Source: Polyangia bacterium
GTDB taxonomy: Bacteria; Myxococcota_A; Polyangia; Fen-1088
Assembly (NCBI GenBank): GCA_045802645.1
Contig: JBJMQQ010000033.1
Location: forward strand, 1 to 63,716
Length of the DNA stretch: 63,716 bases
Reading direction: 5' to 3'
The position numbers were made by a program, and so were the translations under genes. Shown here one piece after another: positions 1 through 10,507 of this stretch; the stretch's first letter is position 1; every line of letters begins with the position of its first letter. The notes under the pieces were generated by a model, which saw only the letters and a list, made by a program, of their open reading frames with translations, was not told where the DNA came from and made no database searches.

Positions 1-810
<810 letters not shown>

Positions 811-896
811 GATTGGGGCACCGCCCCAAAAGGCGGCTTTACACCATATTGTGCGGGCACCCCACGTGCAAGCGCCCCAGCCGTGTCGACCGATAA

Positions 897-1949
897 TCAG
901 GCAGCCGGGGCCGGGCGCACGACGAGCTGCACCAGGCTGGCCACGAACCAGGATAGGGCGATGATGTCGGCCATCACCAGCACCAGAACCAGCTGGTGAA
1001 GGAGGCCGAACACGAGCCACAGGAAGATGGCGGCGTCCCGCCGGCCCAGCTGGAACAGAAAGGTGCCCAGCCCCGGCTTGCCCTGGGTGGCCGTCGACGC
1101 GCCCAGCTTCTGCCCGCCCGAGAACCACCAGACCATGTCCATCAGGTCGCCAGAGGCCTTCTGGCGGCGCATGTCGCGCATGATGATGAGGTTCGACAGG
1201 ACCAGCATCGCGCCGCCGGCAATCCCGCACGCCAGCGCCAGGCGGCTGCCCGTGGCGCGCCAGACGCCAATTCCCGCGGCGACCGTGATGGCGACGTTCA
1301 GCACGTCGTCGACGAACGTGTCCAGCCAGGCTCCCAGCTTCGACTGCTGAAACCGGACCCGGGCCAGCTCCCCGTCGCAACCGTCCAGCACGGATTGCAG
1401 GTGCTCGCACGCCAGGCCCACGACCGCCCAGCCGTACGCGCCAGTCGCGATCAGCGCACAGCCGAGCAGGCCCACGGCGGCCGCGAAGAGCGTGATCTGA
1501 TTGGGCGTCACGGGCGTTCGGACCAGCACGTGCCGCGTCAGCCAGATCGACAGCGGCTTGTTGAACCGCCGCGCCACGAATCCCAGGTCGGCGCGGTAAA
1601 GGGCCGCGTACACCGCGTCCTCCGCCGCCCGGCGGCTGGCCTCGTCGACGACACGCAGCCCGTCCCACCGCTTGCGGTCCAGACGGACCACGTCCGCCCC
1701 CACGACGGGCGCGCCCAGCGACTGCGCGGCGGCGTGCGCCTCGGCACGATCGGCCACCACGCGCACCTCGACGTTCGCGGGCAGCGTCGAAGGGAGCGGG
1801 AGGCTGCCGTCGCTGGCCAGCACGACCCGCGTGTCGGCCGCCTGGCCAAGCTGCTTCAGCGCGCGCGCCAGGACCGTCAGCCCGGCGATCGACGACCTGG
1901 CCCCCGCCTGCTCGTCGCGCGTCGCGCACAGCACGACCGTGCTGGTCAC
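897..1949 (-). CDS. CDP-alcohol phosphatidyltransferase family membrane protein with an approximately 130-aa N-terminal soluble domain (canonical motif)
   Basis: Complete D-x2-D-G-x2-A-R-x8-G-x3-D-x3-D signature in [28 protein letters not shown]. Multiple hydrophobic helices follow. GTG start overlaps the upstream stop (GTGA). Confidence 0.8.
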   Translation of the reverse strand: MTSTVVLCATRDEQAGARSSIAGLTVLARALKQLGQAADTRVVLASDGSLPLPSTLPANVEVRVVADRAEAHAAAQSLGAPVVGADVVRLDRKRWDGLRVVDEASRRAAEDAVYAALYRADLGFVARRFNKPLSIWLTRHVLVRTPVTPNQITLFAAAVGLLGCALIATGAYGWAVVGLACEHLQSVLDGCDGELARVRFQQSKLGAWLDTFVDDVLNVAITVAAGIGVWRATGSRLALACGIAGGAMLVLSNLIIMRDMRRQKASGDLMDMVWWFSGGQKLGASTATQGKPGLGTFLFQLGRRDAAIFLWLVFGLLHQLVLVLVMADIIALSWFVASLVQLVVRPAPAA

Positions 1950-2536
1950 GCGGCCGCCCCCAGAATGTCGCCCAGAGCCACCGCCAACCGGTCAGGTAAG
2001 GCCGTGGCTCGCCGGAGCAGCCGCGGGCGCCGCCAGTCCTCGTTGTCGATCAACGCGTGGGCGCGGCTGACCGGATCGTGCGCGGCGCGATAGCGCGACT
2101 GAGCCGGGAAGTATCGGCGGTCGATCCGTCGAGACACCTCTGCGACCGAACGCCCCTTGGCCTGGTCGCGCGCCAGGATACGTCGCCGGGCCTCCTCGGC
2201 GCTGACCTCCAGCACCATGAGCCAGCTGTCCGGCGGCAGCGCCGCGCGCAGCAGCATGACTCCCTCGAGGATTGTGGTCCCTGCCCGCGCCGCGGACGCC
2301 AGCGCCGTCCCGACGGCGTCGAAGTCGTAGTAGCGGTCGTAATACGCGTCCGTCTCCGCCTGCGGCTCCAGCCCGGTGAGCTCCAGCGGCCTGCGAAAAT
2401 CGTCGACGTGCACGGTGGTCACCGGGTGCCCACCGTCGGACAGAGCCTCGGCCAGCGCGGCAGCCAGGCGGGACTTGCCGCTACCGTCCACGCCGTCAAT
2501 CGCGACAATCAACGCGCCCGAGGAGGTGACGATCAC
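1946..2536 (-). CDS. P-loop nucleoside/nucleotide-kinase-like protein
   Basis: Walker A in [24 protein letters not shown], about 197 aa, a size and layout typical of uridine/thymidylate-kinase-like enzymes. I chose the GTG at 2534-2536 (GTGA overlap with the upstream stop). The longer track ORF (to 2899) would overlap the upstream gene in another frame. Confidence 0.6.
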   Translation of the reverse strand: MIVTSSGALIVAIDGVDGSGKSRLAAALAEALSDGGHPVTTVHVDDFRRPLELTGLEPQAETDAYYDRYYDFDAVGTALASAARAGTTILEGVMLLRAALPPDSWLMVLEVSAEEARRRILARDQAKGRSVAEVSRRIDRRYFPAQSRYRAAHDPVSRAHALIDNEDWRRPRLLRRATALPDRLAVALGDILGAAA

Positions 2537-3690
2537 CCGGGCGGGCGAACGCGCCAGTCGGGCGTCAGCAGTTGGCCCAGCGCACCGGCGGCCCGCACCA
2601 GCGAGATGATCATCATGTAGAGCGCGATGATCGGTAGCTGGTCGAAGTACGCCAGCCCGAGCGCGAGCAGCACGACGACGTCGCGCCTGCCAAGCAGCAT
2701 CACGGCCTTGATCTGCGCGCCGCCCGCCCCGCTGAGCGAGCGCAGCTGCTGGCCGTAGGCGAACCACCAGCGCAGCTTCATGACGTCGCCCTGACGCTGG
2801 CGGATCAGCTCCCGGTACGAGACCACGACGTAAAACAGCGTCAGCGCGGCCGAGACCAGCGCCATCTTCATGTCCAGGTATGTTCCGCCGTGCCGCCACA
2901 GGGCGAGGCCGACGGCCAGGATCATGACGATGTTCAGAAAGTCGCCGACCATCGTATCCAGCCAGGCGCCGAAAGCGCTCTGATGCAGCCGAACACGCGC
3001 AAGCTCGCTGGCGCAGCCATCGAGGACGATCGAGGCCTGGAGCAGGACGAAGCCCAGGATCAGGGTGGGCGCGGCGCCCGTCGCGATCATGAGCGCCCCG
3101 TACAGGCCGACGAAGCCCGCCGCCAGGGTCACCAGCGCGGGTGCCAGCGGCAGCTTCGAGAGCACCAGCCGCGTCAGCACCGACGACGCGCGTCGGTTGA
3201 CGGCCCGGTCGACCAGACCGACCGTGTTGCGCTGCAGGTCCAGGTAAACTTGGTCTTCAGCGAGGCGTCGCGAGGCCGAGTCGACGACGCGGATCGCGCG
3301 GTCGAAGCGGGCCGGCTGAATCCAGACGTTGTCCGCCCCCAGCACCATCACCTCGGCGCCGAGCTCCGCGCGAAGGCGGTCGATCGCCGCGCCGGCGTTC
3401 CCATCGATGTCGCGGACTTCGATCTTGGCGGGCAGGCGGCGCGGCAACGGGATACTGCCGTCCGTCGCGATGAGCACGGTCGCGTCACCCAGCTTCGAGA
3501 GCTGTCGGATCGCGCGGTCGATCACGCGCAGCCCGCCGATTCGCATCCGTGCGCCGCGGGCCTCGTCCGCGGTGGCCCGCAACACGATCGGGATTCGCTC
3601 CGAAAACGTGGGTGTGGTGACACGCGTGACGACTTCTGGTGTCACCCGCGCGACCCGGTTCAACTCGCCCGCCCCTTCGGTAATCATCAT
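2533..3690 (-). CDS. CDP-alcohol phosphatidyltransferase paralogue with a degenerate catalytic motif
   Basis: Same architecture as 897..1949. The N-terminal soluble domains align (IVLRATADEARGARMRIGGLRVIDRAIRQL vs [30 protein letters not shown]). The motif reads LDGCASELARVRLHQSAFGAWLDTMVGDF, so the second Asp-Gly is replaced by Ala-Ser and the last Asp is shifted. Confidence 0.7.
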   Translation of the reverse strand: MMITEGAGELNRVARVTPEVVTRVTTPTFSERIPIVLRATADEARGARMRIGGLRVIDRAIRQLSKLGDATVLIATDGSIPLPRRLPAKIEVRDIDGNAGAAIDRLRAELGAEVMVLGADNVWIQPARFDRAIRVVDSASRRLAEDQVYLDLQRNTVGLVDRAVNRRASSVLTRLVLSKLPLAPALVTLAAGFVGLYGALMIATGAAPTLILGFVLLQASIVLDGCASELARVRLHQSAFGAWLDTMVGDFLNIVMILAVGLALWRHGGTYLDMKMALVSAALTLFYVVVSYRELIRQRQGDVMKLRWWFAYGQQLRSLSGAGGAQIKAVMLLGRRDVVVLLALGLAYFDQLPIIALYMMIISLVRAAGALGQLLTPDWRVRPPG

Positions 3691-3820
3691 GCGACAAAGC
3701 CCCCGACGTAAGTCAAAGCCCCGGGGTGCCCTACAATGCCATCCAGTAATCGACGACTCAAGGTAATACCTCGGCTCGTTAGTGTTATTGACGCATACAA
3801 AATGTCAGATCACTGACAAC

Positions 3821-4651
3821 TCAGATCAGGGGATCTTCGGGCAGGCAAGGCGCGATCACCCGCAACATCAGCGGGTGGCAAAGGCCGTTGCTCCAGACGG
3901 ACCCGCGGCGGCGAAAGAGGTCCTTCTGGTTGTACTTCATGGGCTTACCGTCGCCGTCGCTGACCATGCACCCGGCCTCGGCCAGGATCACCTCCGGCGC
4001 GCAGGTGTCCCACTCCTGCTCGGCTGGCGAGAGGTTCAACACCGCGTCCAGGTCGCCGCGGGCCAGGGCCATGTGCTTCACGGAGGCGCCCATGGCGACC
4101 GCCCGGGGCGCCAGGCCGGAGGCAGCCAGGCACTTGCCCAACCCCTCGTCCGGGTTCAAACGCGAGATCCCGACGCGCAGCTCGCCGGGCTCGCTTCGGC
4201 GGGAGGTTCGGATCTGCGTGCTGGTCCCGTTGCTGTCCATGAAGGCGCCCCCGCCGCGGACGGCGTGATAAAGCGCCTGCCGGACGGGTTGGTAGACGAC
4301 CCCGAGTACCGGCTGGCCGTCGACGCACAGGCCGATGTGGACGGAGAAGTCGCCGGTGCCCGCCAAGAAGTCGCGGGTCCCGTCCAGAGGATCCACGATC
4401 CAGAGGCGGGACTTACCGAACCGCGAGCCGTCGTCCGCCGATTCTTCGGTCAGCGCACCGTCGCCTGGAAAGGCCGTGCGCAGGCGGTCCAGGATCAGCC
4501 CGTCGGCCGCCTTGTCGGCTTCGGTGACGGGCGACTGGTCCGGCTTGGTCTCGGTCGCGATCTCCGGGTTGCCGTAGAAGCTGAGGATCACCTTCCCGGC
4601 TTCACGGGCGGTGTCGCAAGCGACCTGATGGGCGCGATCCAGCTGGCTCAC
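3821..4651 (-). CDS. Inositol monophosphatase family phosphatase (IMPase / CysQ-like 3'(2'),5'-bisphosphate nucleotidase)
   Basis: Family motifs SPVTEADKAAD, LWIVDPLDGTRDF and EWDTCAPEVILAEAG. GTG start at 4649-4651 chosen because the upstream part of the track ORF overlaps asnB and has Arg/Pro-rich shadow composition. Confidence 0.8.
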   Translation of the reverse strand: MSQLDRAHQVACDTAREAGKVILSFYGNPEIATETKPDQSPVTEADKAADGLILDRLRTAFPGDGALTEESADDGSRFGKSRLWIVDPLDGTRDFLAGTGDFSVHIGLCVDGQPVLGVVYQPVRQALYHAVRGGGAFMDSNGTSTQIRTSRRSEPGELRVGISRLNPDEGLGKCLAASGLAPRAVAMGASVKHMALARGDLDAVLNLSPAEQEWDTCAPEVILAEAGCMVSDGDGKPMKYNQKDLFRRRGSVWSNGLCHPLMLRVIAPCLPEDPLI

Positions 4652-4715
4652 GGGGCGCAAGGCTAGCACGAACCCCCGACGGGCTCGGCGGCGCGCGCCG
4701 TTCAGCTGCCACGGC

Positions 4716-6653
4716 TCAGGCGGCGGCGCGCAGCGCGGCCTGGCGGTCGGCGACCTCGCGGACGAACGCGGCCCGGCCGTCGACCATCTCGCGGAACCAG
4801 GTCTCCAGCACCATGAGGTTCCAGAGCCGCTCGCCGTGGTCCTCGCCGCCGCGATGGCGGTCCAGCAACCCCTCGACGGCGGCGCGGTCGAAGAGCCCGC
4901 GTTCGGCGGCTGCGGGCGACAGCAACAGCTCGCGCGCGAAACCGTGCAGGCGCCCCGCCAGCCAGCGCCGGGTCGGCAGCGCGAAACCACGCTTCGTCCG
5001 ATTCAGGATGGGCTCGGGAACCAGGTCGGCGAACGCCTCTTTCAAGATGCGCTTGCCCTTGTTGCGCCGCAGCTTCCAGCGGCCGGGCAGCGCGGCGCCC
5101 AGCTCGACCACGTGGTGATCGCAAAACGGGGCGCGCGCTTCCAGCGACCAGGTCATGCTCGCCGTGTCGACCTTGGTCAGGATGTCGTCCGGCAAGTACG
5201 TGTCCACGTCCAGCTCGGTCAGGCGGGTGACCGTGTCCGTCGCGGCGCTGGCCGCCAGCCGCTCCGCAAACCGCGCCGCCGTCGCGTCCGTCGCGAAGCG
5301 CTCGCGCAGCGCCGGCGTGTAGAGCGCCGACTTCTCGGCGTGCGAAAAGTGGCAGACGAAGCGCAGGTAACGCACGGCCTCGCCCGCCGGGACGGTGGCT
5401 GCGTACTCGCGCAGCCACCGGGCGGTGCCGCCCGGCGCACGCGCCATCAGCGCCGTCACCAGCACCCGCGGAATCGCCGGCAAGCGGGCGATCAGGTCCG
5501 CGACGTGCGCCCAGTTGTAGCGACGGTACCCGCCGAACGTTTCGTCGCCGGCGTCGCCCGACAGCGCGACGGTCACATGTTGCCGGGTCAGCTCGCAGAG
5601 GTACCGGGTCGGCACGGCGGACGTGTCGGCGAACGGCTCGCCGTGGTGACGGACGATGCTCGGCAGCGCGCCCACCATGTCCGGATCGACGACCAGCTCG
5701 TGGTGATCCGTTCGGTACCGCTCTGCCACCAGCCGCGCGAAGGGCAGCTCGCCGTGCACCGCGCCGCCCTCGGTGAAGCCGACCGAGAACGTCTTGACGG
5801 GCTGGCTGCTCGCGCGGGCCATGCAGGCCACGACGATCGACGAATCGATGCCGCCCGAAAGGAACGCGCCCAGCGGCACGTCGGACATCAGCCGCGACCG
5901 CACCGCTTCTTCGACGGTGTCGCGTACGCGCTGGCGCGCCTCTTCGATCGGCAGATTGGCCAGCGTGGGCGCGAACGACGCCTGATAGTAGCGGCGCGGC
6001 GTGGGCGTCTCGCCGCAGCCGACGTCGATCAGATGGCCGGCCGGCAGCTTGTGGATCTCCTGAAAGATGGTGGCCGGGCTGGGCACGTATTGCAGCGCCA
6101 GGTACGCGTCGAGCGATTCATAGGACAGCGTGGCCGGCGTGCGCGGGTCAGCCAGCAGGGCCGCCAGCTCGGACGCGAACACCAGACCGTCGGGGCGCTG
6201 CGCGTAGTAGAGCGGCTTTTCCCCCACGCGGTCGCGCGCGAGCAACAGGCGGCGCGTGCGCCGGTCCCAGACCGCCAGCGCAAACATGCCGCGCAGCATC
6301 TCGGGCGTGCGGGCGCCGACCTCTTCGTAGAGGTGCGCGACGACCTCGGAGTCGCTGCCGCCGCGGAACCGGTGCCCCTTCGCGATCAGGTCGGCGCGCA
6401 GCTCCTGGTGGTTGTAGATCTCGCCGTTGACGACGATGGCGACGCTGCCGTCTTCGTTCAGCATGGGCTGACGGCCACCCTCGGACAGGTCCACGATCGC
6501 GAGGCGCCGGTGCCCCAGCGCCACCGGGCCGTCGGTGTGAAATCCGTAGCCGTCGGGACCGCGGTGAACCATCGCCGCCGCGAACCGCTCGACGGAGTCC
6601 AGCGGCGCGGGAACGTCTGGGGCGGCGCTCAGCGCGCCCGCGATGCCACACAT
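4716..6653 (-). CDS. asnB: Asparagine synthetase (glutamine-hydrolysing) family amidotransferase
   Basis: Starts MCGIAG (Cys2 nucleophile of Ntn amidotransferases). Also HRGPDGYG, LAIVDLSEGGRQPM, and the synthetase PP-loop FLSGGIDSS. 645 aa. Confidence 0.85.
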   Translation of the reverse strand: MCGIAGALSAAPDVPAPLDSVERFAAAMVHRGPDGYGFHTDGPVALGHRRLAIVDLSEGGRQPMLNEDGSVAIVVNGEIYNHQELRADLIAKGHRFRGGSDSEVVAHLYEEVGARTPEMLRGMFALAVWDRRTRRLLLARDRVGEKPLYYAQRPDGLVFASELAALLADPRTPATLSYESLDAYLALQYVPSPATIFQEIHKLPAGHLIDVGCGETPTPRRYYQASFAPTLANLPIEEARQRVRDTVEEAVRSRLMSDVPLGAFLSGGIDSSIVVACMARASSQPVKTFSVGFTEGGAVHGELPFARLVAERYRTDHHELVVDPDMVGALPSIVRHHGEPFADTSAVPTRYLCELTRQHVTVALSGDAGDETFGGYRRYNWAHVADLIARLPAIPRVLVTALMARAPGGTARWLREYAATVPAGEAVRYLRFVCHFSHAEKSALYTPALRERFATDATAARFAERLAASAATDTVTRLTELDVDTYLPDDILTKVDTASMTWSLEARAPFCDHHVVELGAALPGRWKLRRNKGKRILKEAFADLVPEPILNRTKRGFALPTRRWLAGRLHGFARELLLSPAAAERGLFDRAAVEGLLDRHRGGEDHGERLWNLMVLETWFREMVDGRAAFVREVADRQAALRAAA

Positions 6654-6678
6654 CGTCGAGCTCCCGTCATGCCCGTCA

Positions 6679-8262
6679 TCATGTCGCCTGCCGGGGCGCG
6701 AATCCACCGCCGCAAACCAACGCGCCGAAGGACGACGTGACGTGTTCGGCGACTCGAAGGGCGTTGGCGGTGATCGTCAGGCTGGGGTTCACACCGCCAG
6801 AGGTCGGCATGAACGAGCCGTCGGCGACGAACAGGTTGGGCAGCGCCCAGAACCGGCAGTGGCGATCCAGCACGGATGCCATCGGATCCAGCCCGAACCG
6901 CGCCGTCCCGACCGCGTGCGAGAAGCTGTCGATGAGGCGCACCTTGCCGGCGACGCCGCCTGCCGCGCGCAGCACGCGCCGGGCCAGCGCGACCAGGCGG
7001 TCGCGCCGGGCGACGTCCCGCTCCGAGTACCGGTGATGGACCTTGGCGACCGGCAGATGCCAGCGATCCACGTCGGCGCTCAGGGCCAGCCGGTTGTCGG
7101 CCTGGGGTTCGTCTTCGGCCACGCACAGCAGGGTCTGGATGTGGGCGGCGCCCAGGTAGGCCGCCCAGCGAAAGCCGCGCGGCCCCAGCGCCCGAACGAC
7201 GTCGGGCGGCGGCATGCACATGTCCTGAATCACGCCCAGCGCCGTGCCGTCGGTGGCGCGCACCGACTCATAAAAGTCGGTGATGCACACCTGCTTGTGA
7301 TTCACGGATTCGGGGTTGGTGCGGAACGGAAACACGAACCCGAGCATCGCGTTGCAGTGCCGCATCAGATAGCGCCCCAGCGCACCGGAGGCGTCCATCT
7401 TGTCCAGGCCCGACCGCAACAGCAGCGCCGGTGTCGCCAGCGCGCCGCCTGAGACGACGAACAGCTTGGCCCGCACCGTCAGACGGCGTTCGGTGTCGCG
7501 ATCGATGGCGTGCAGGGCCACGACGCGCCCGTCACGCAGCACGAGGCGGGAGGCGATCGTGCGCGCCAGGATCGCCAGTCGCGCCGGGTCGGCCTTGGCC
7601 AGGGCCGTCTGGGCGATGTCGTTCTTGGCGCCGATGCGGCAGGGGAACCCGTCGCAGGTGAAGCAGTTGATGCACTTGGGCTCGCGCGGGCCGGCGTGGT
7701 TGATCGCGACGGGGATCTGAAACGGGTGCCAGCCCAGCTTCTCGGCGGCGGCGAAGATCCGGCGGGCCGGCACGGTCAGGGGCGGCGGCGCGAACGGGTA
7801 CGGCGATGAGCGTTTCGGCTCGACGGGGTCGGTGCCCGCGTGACCGTGGATCTCCAGCAGCTGCTCGGCGGCCGTGTAGTGGCGCTCGAGATCGCGGTAC
7901 CCGATCGGCCAGCGGCCGAAGTCACTCTCGCGCAGGCGCAAGGCGGCGCCGCCGAAGAAGATCGAGTTGCCGCCGACCGCTTCGTTGGGGAACGCGCGGG
8001 CGCCTGGGCCGTCGGCGCGCTGGTCCACGTCGATCGGGCTATCCCCGCGGTAGCGCCCGTCCAGCAGGATGGCGCGCCCGTTCCAGTCCGTCTCGTCGCG
8101 GTGGGCCCACCCGCCCCGTTCGATGAGCAGAACGTTGAGGCCGGCCCGCGACAGCGCGTAGGCCATGGTGCCGCCCCCGAACCCGGAGCCGACGATCGCC
8201 ACGTCGAATAGCGTCCCTTCGACGTCGGGAGGTGCGGGCGGGGGCGCAGGAATGGCCGTCAT
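6679..8262 (-). CDS. GMC-family FAD-dependent oxidoreductase
   Basis: N-terminal FAD fold FDVAIVGSGFGGGTMAYALSRAGLNVLLIERG. C-terminal GMC signature FVADGSFMPTSGGVNPSLTITANALRVAEH. ATG at 8260-8262 overlaps the upstream stop (ATGA). The upstream 454 codons of the track ORF are shadow frame. Confidence 0.8.
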   Translation of the reverse strand: MTAIPAPPPAPPDVEGTLFDVAIVGSGFGGGTMAYALSRAGLNVLLIERGGWAHRDETDWNGRAILLDGRYRGDSPIDVDQRADGPGARAFPNEAVGGNSIFFGGAALRLRESDFGRWPIGYRDLERHYTAAEQLLEIHGHAGTDPVEPKRSSPYPFAPPPLTVPARRIFAAAEKLGWHPFQIPVAINHAGPREPKCINCFTCDGFPCRIGAKNDIAQTALAKADPARLAILARTIASRLVLRDGRVVALHAIDRDTERRLTVRAKLFVVSGGALATPALLLRSGLDKMDASGALGRYLMRHCNAMLGFVFPFRTNPESVNHKQVCITDFYESVRATDGTALGVIQDMCMPPPDVVRALGPRGFRWAAYLGAAHIQTLLCVAEDEPQADNRLALSADVDRWHLPVAKVHHRYSERDVARRDRLVALARRVLRAAGGVAGKVRLIDSFSHAVGTARFGLDPMASVLDRHCRFWALPNLFVADGSFMPTSGGVNPSLTITANALRVAEHVTSSFGALVCGGGFAPRQAT

Positions 8263-9401
8263 GGCGCGTTCTCCGCGAGGAGCTGGTCGTAAACGGCGAC
8301 CATCTGATCGACGACGAAGCTCTCCGTCGGGGCGAACCGCGCGACGACCCGGGTCCGGCCGCGGAGCCCCATCTCGACCAGCTTCGGGGTGGGGATCGCG
8401 ACGGCGTCGGCCAGCGCCGTCGTCAGCGCCGCCTGGTTGCCGGTGGGGATCTCCCACCCGGTCACGCCTGGCTGCACGATCCCGTCGACATTGGCCGCGT
8501 GGGACAGCAGCGCGGGCAGCGCCGAGGCCGCCCCCTCGAGCGCGGCGTTGGCCAGCCCCTCGTAAAGCGAGGGCATCACCAGCAGGTCGCTGGCCCAGTA
8601 AAGCGAGCGGATGTCCTTCACGGCTCCCAAGAAACGAACGTGACGGGCGACATTCCGCGGCGCCGCCAGCCGCCGCACCAGCCAGCTGGTCGCGCGGTCG
8701 CGCTCGCGGCCGGCGAAGAGGACGACGGTGTCGGCCGGCCACAGCTTGCGCCGCAACAGGCTGCGCATCGCCAGCAGCAGGCCAATCTGGTGCTTCTGCA
8801 GGCCGACCCGTCCGGGTAGCAGCAGCGCCCGCGTGGAGGGCGCCAGGTCCCAGCGGGCGCGCGCCGCCGCGCGCTCCTCGGCGGTGGGCGGACGGAACTG
8901 GTCCACGTCCAGAATGTTGGTGATGACCCGGATCTTGTCGTCGGGCACGCCGGCCCACTCGGTCAGCTCGTACCGCACGCCTTCGGAGTTCGTGAGGATG
9001 AGCCGGCTGAACCGCGACATGAACCGCTCGATCAACAGGTAGCGCAGCTCCATCATGCGGTTTCGGCAGGCCGTGATGGTGATCGGCACGCCGGCGCGCG
9101 CGGCCGCGAGCCGCGCCCAGAAGTTGGATTTGTCCCGGTAGGAATGCACGATGGCCGGCTTCTCGCGACGCAAGATCTCCGTCAGCTGGTCCAGCGCCGC
9201 CAGCCCCATCCGGCGGACGCCGAGCGCGTGGGCGGGCTGCCCCGGCGGGCAGCGCGCGTCGAAGAAGATGTCGTCCGCGTGGTACACGCACAGCACGGGC
9301 TCGAAGCGCGCGGGCAGCCGGTTGATGAGGGCCAGGATCTGCCCCTCCGGTCCCCCCTGCTGGAGGTTCGGGATGAAATAAAATATTTTCGTGCGCGCCA
9401 T
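8259..9401 (-). CDS. Glycosyltransferase, GT4 (GT-B fold) family
   Basis: MARTKIFYFIPNLQQGGPEGQ N-terminus. C-terminal donor-binding region DLLVMPSLYEGLANAALEGAASALPALLS is typical of GT4 enzymes. Confidence 0.8.
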   Translation of the reverse strand: MARTKIFYFIPNLQQGGPEGQILALINRLPARFEPVLCVYHADDIFFDARCPPGQPAHALGVRRMGLAALDQLTEILRREKPAIVHSYRDKSNFWARLAAARAGVPITITACRNRMMELRYLLIERFMSRFSRLILTNSEGVRYELTEWAGVPDDKIRVITNILDVDQFRPPTAEERAAARARWDLAPSTRALLLPGRVGLQKHQIGLLLAMRSLLRRKLWPADTVVLFAGRERDRATSWLVRRLAAPRNVARHVRFLGAVKDIRSLYWASDLLVMPSLYEGLANAALEGAASALPALLSHAANVDGIVQPGVTGWEIPTGNQAALTTALADAVAIPTPKLVEMGLRGRTRVVARFAPTESFVVDQMVAVYDQLLAENAP

Positions 9402-9472
9402 GCGTGGGAACGATCGGACGCGACCCCCGAAGGGGCTCGGTCAAAGCGAAGAAGGCGGATTGTAGCGCCCTC

Positions 9473-10501
9473 ATGGCGGGGATCTCGCTCTGCTTCGTGG
9501 GCTGTGGCGCGATGAATGCGCGGCACGTGCGCATGTTCAAGCGGTTACGGCCCGGTTCGGCGTTCGCGGTCGCCAGCCGCGCGCCGGAAAAAGCTCGCAC
9601 TTTTGGTGCATCGCTGGGCGCCAAGGACTGCTTCGGCAGCTACGACGAGGCGCTGGCCTCCGGGTACGACGGCCTGGTGATCGGGACGCCGCCGCGCGGT
9701 CACGCCGGCCTCATCGAGGTGGCGCTGGCCGCCGGCAAGCACCTCCTGATCGAAAAGCCGGTGGTCGCCCGGTTCGACGAGCTCGAACGGCTCTGGCCGG
9801 CGCTGAAACGTCACCGCGGGACGGTGATGGTCGCCGAGAACCTGCACTACGCCCCGTTCCACCGGCGGCTCAAAGAGCGGCTGCGCGACCCCGCCCTGGG
9901 ACGGCCGCTGATCCTCGACTTGATCCGGCTCGGGCGATCGCGCCCCACCGGCTGGCGGGCCGATGCCGCCGAGATGCCGCTGGGCGCGCTGCACGAGGGG
10001 GGCGTCCACTGGATCCGGCGGCTGCTGGACCTGGCGTCTGTCTTCGAACCGACCCCGGCTGACCAGATCGTGGACGTCTCGGCGACGGGTCCTTTGCGTC
10101 CGGTCACGACGACGCCCGGCGAGGACACCATGATGATCGTGGGGCGCCACCGCTCGGGCCTCACCTCGCGCCTGCTGCACACGTGGGCCGTGCCGTGGCG
10201 CTTCCCGCCGTTCGACGTGTCCAAGGTGCTGCTGGAGAACGGCGCGTTGTACTTCGACGCGCGCAGCCTCTACGCCCGCGCCTATGGCCCCACCGGCCGG
10301 CGCTGGCTGTGGCCGACGATCCGCGACGGCGGCGGTTATCGAGCGATGTGGACCGACTTCCTCTCGGCCGCCGAGACGGGCCGCCCTCCCGCACTGGCGC
10401 TGGAGGACATCTTCGCCGACTTCGCGTACATGGACGCGGCGTATCGCTCGAAGGGCAGCGGCCGGCCCGAAGTCCCGAAGCGCCCCCCGTCAATCGCGTG
10501 A
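9473..10501 (+). CDS. Gfo/Idh/MocA family NAD(P)-dependent oxidoreductase
   Basis: Rossmann start ISLCFVGCGAMNARH and the family motif KHLLIEKPV. I prefer the internal ATG at 9473 over the track start at 9404. Divergent from the GT4 gene. Confidence 0.75.
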   Translation: MAGISLCFVGCGAMNARHVRMFKRLRPGSAFAVASRAPEKARTFGASLGAKDCFGSYDEALASGYDGLVIGTPPRGHAGLIEVALAAGKHLLIEKPVVARFDELERLWPALKRHRGTVMVAENLHYAPFHRRLKERLRDPALGRPLILDLIRLGRSRPTGWRADAAEMPLGALHEGGVHWIRRLLDLASVFEPTPADQIVDVSATGPLRPVTTTPGEDTMMIVGRHRSGLTSRLLHTWAVPWRFPPFDVSKVLLENGALYFDARSLYARAYGPTGRRWLWPTIRDGGGYRAMWTDFLSAAETGRPPALALEDIFADFAYMDAAYRSKGSGRPEVPKRPPSIA

Positions 10502-10507
10502 GCGCGG

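Noticed and set aside
6595-6605. Apparent 1-nt frame discrepancy while hand-translating the asnB N-terminus
   Set aside because: The supplied ORF track shows one uninterrupted frame (4716-6707) whose translation is a normal AsnB. The discrepancy is most likely my own character miscount at a line break, not a frameshift.
4716-6653. AsnB homologue as a lasso-peptide cyclase (RiPP cluster)
   Set aside because: It keeps the MCGIAG catalytic Cys2 of true glutamine amidotransferases. There is no leader peptidase or adjacent precursor ORF, and the context is glycosyltransferase/oxidoreductase. An EPS-type amidotransferase is more likely.
6679-9624. 981-aa composite ORF, and similar long N-terminal extensions in the track (13135-16329, 17752-19467, 18987-20381, 19985-21559, 46102-47898, 3821-4990, 1946-2899)
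   Set aside because: The upstream portions overlap the preceding, clearly real gene in a different frame and have Arg/Pro/Ala-rich junk composition. Recognisable homology begins at an internal ATG/GTG located at the previous gene's stop.
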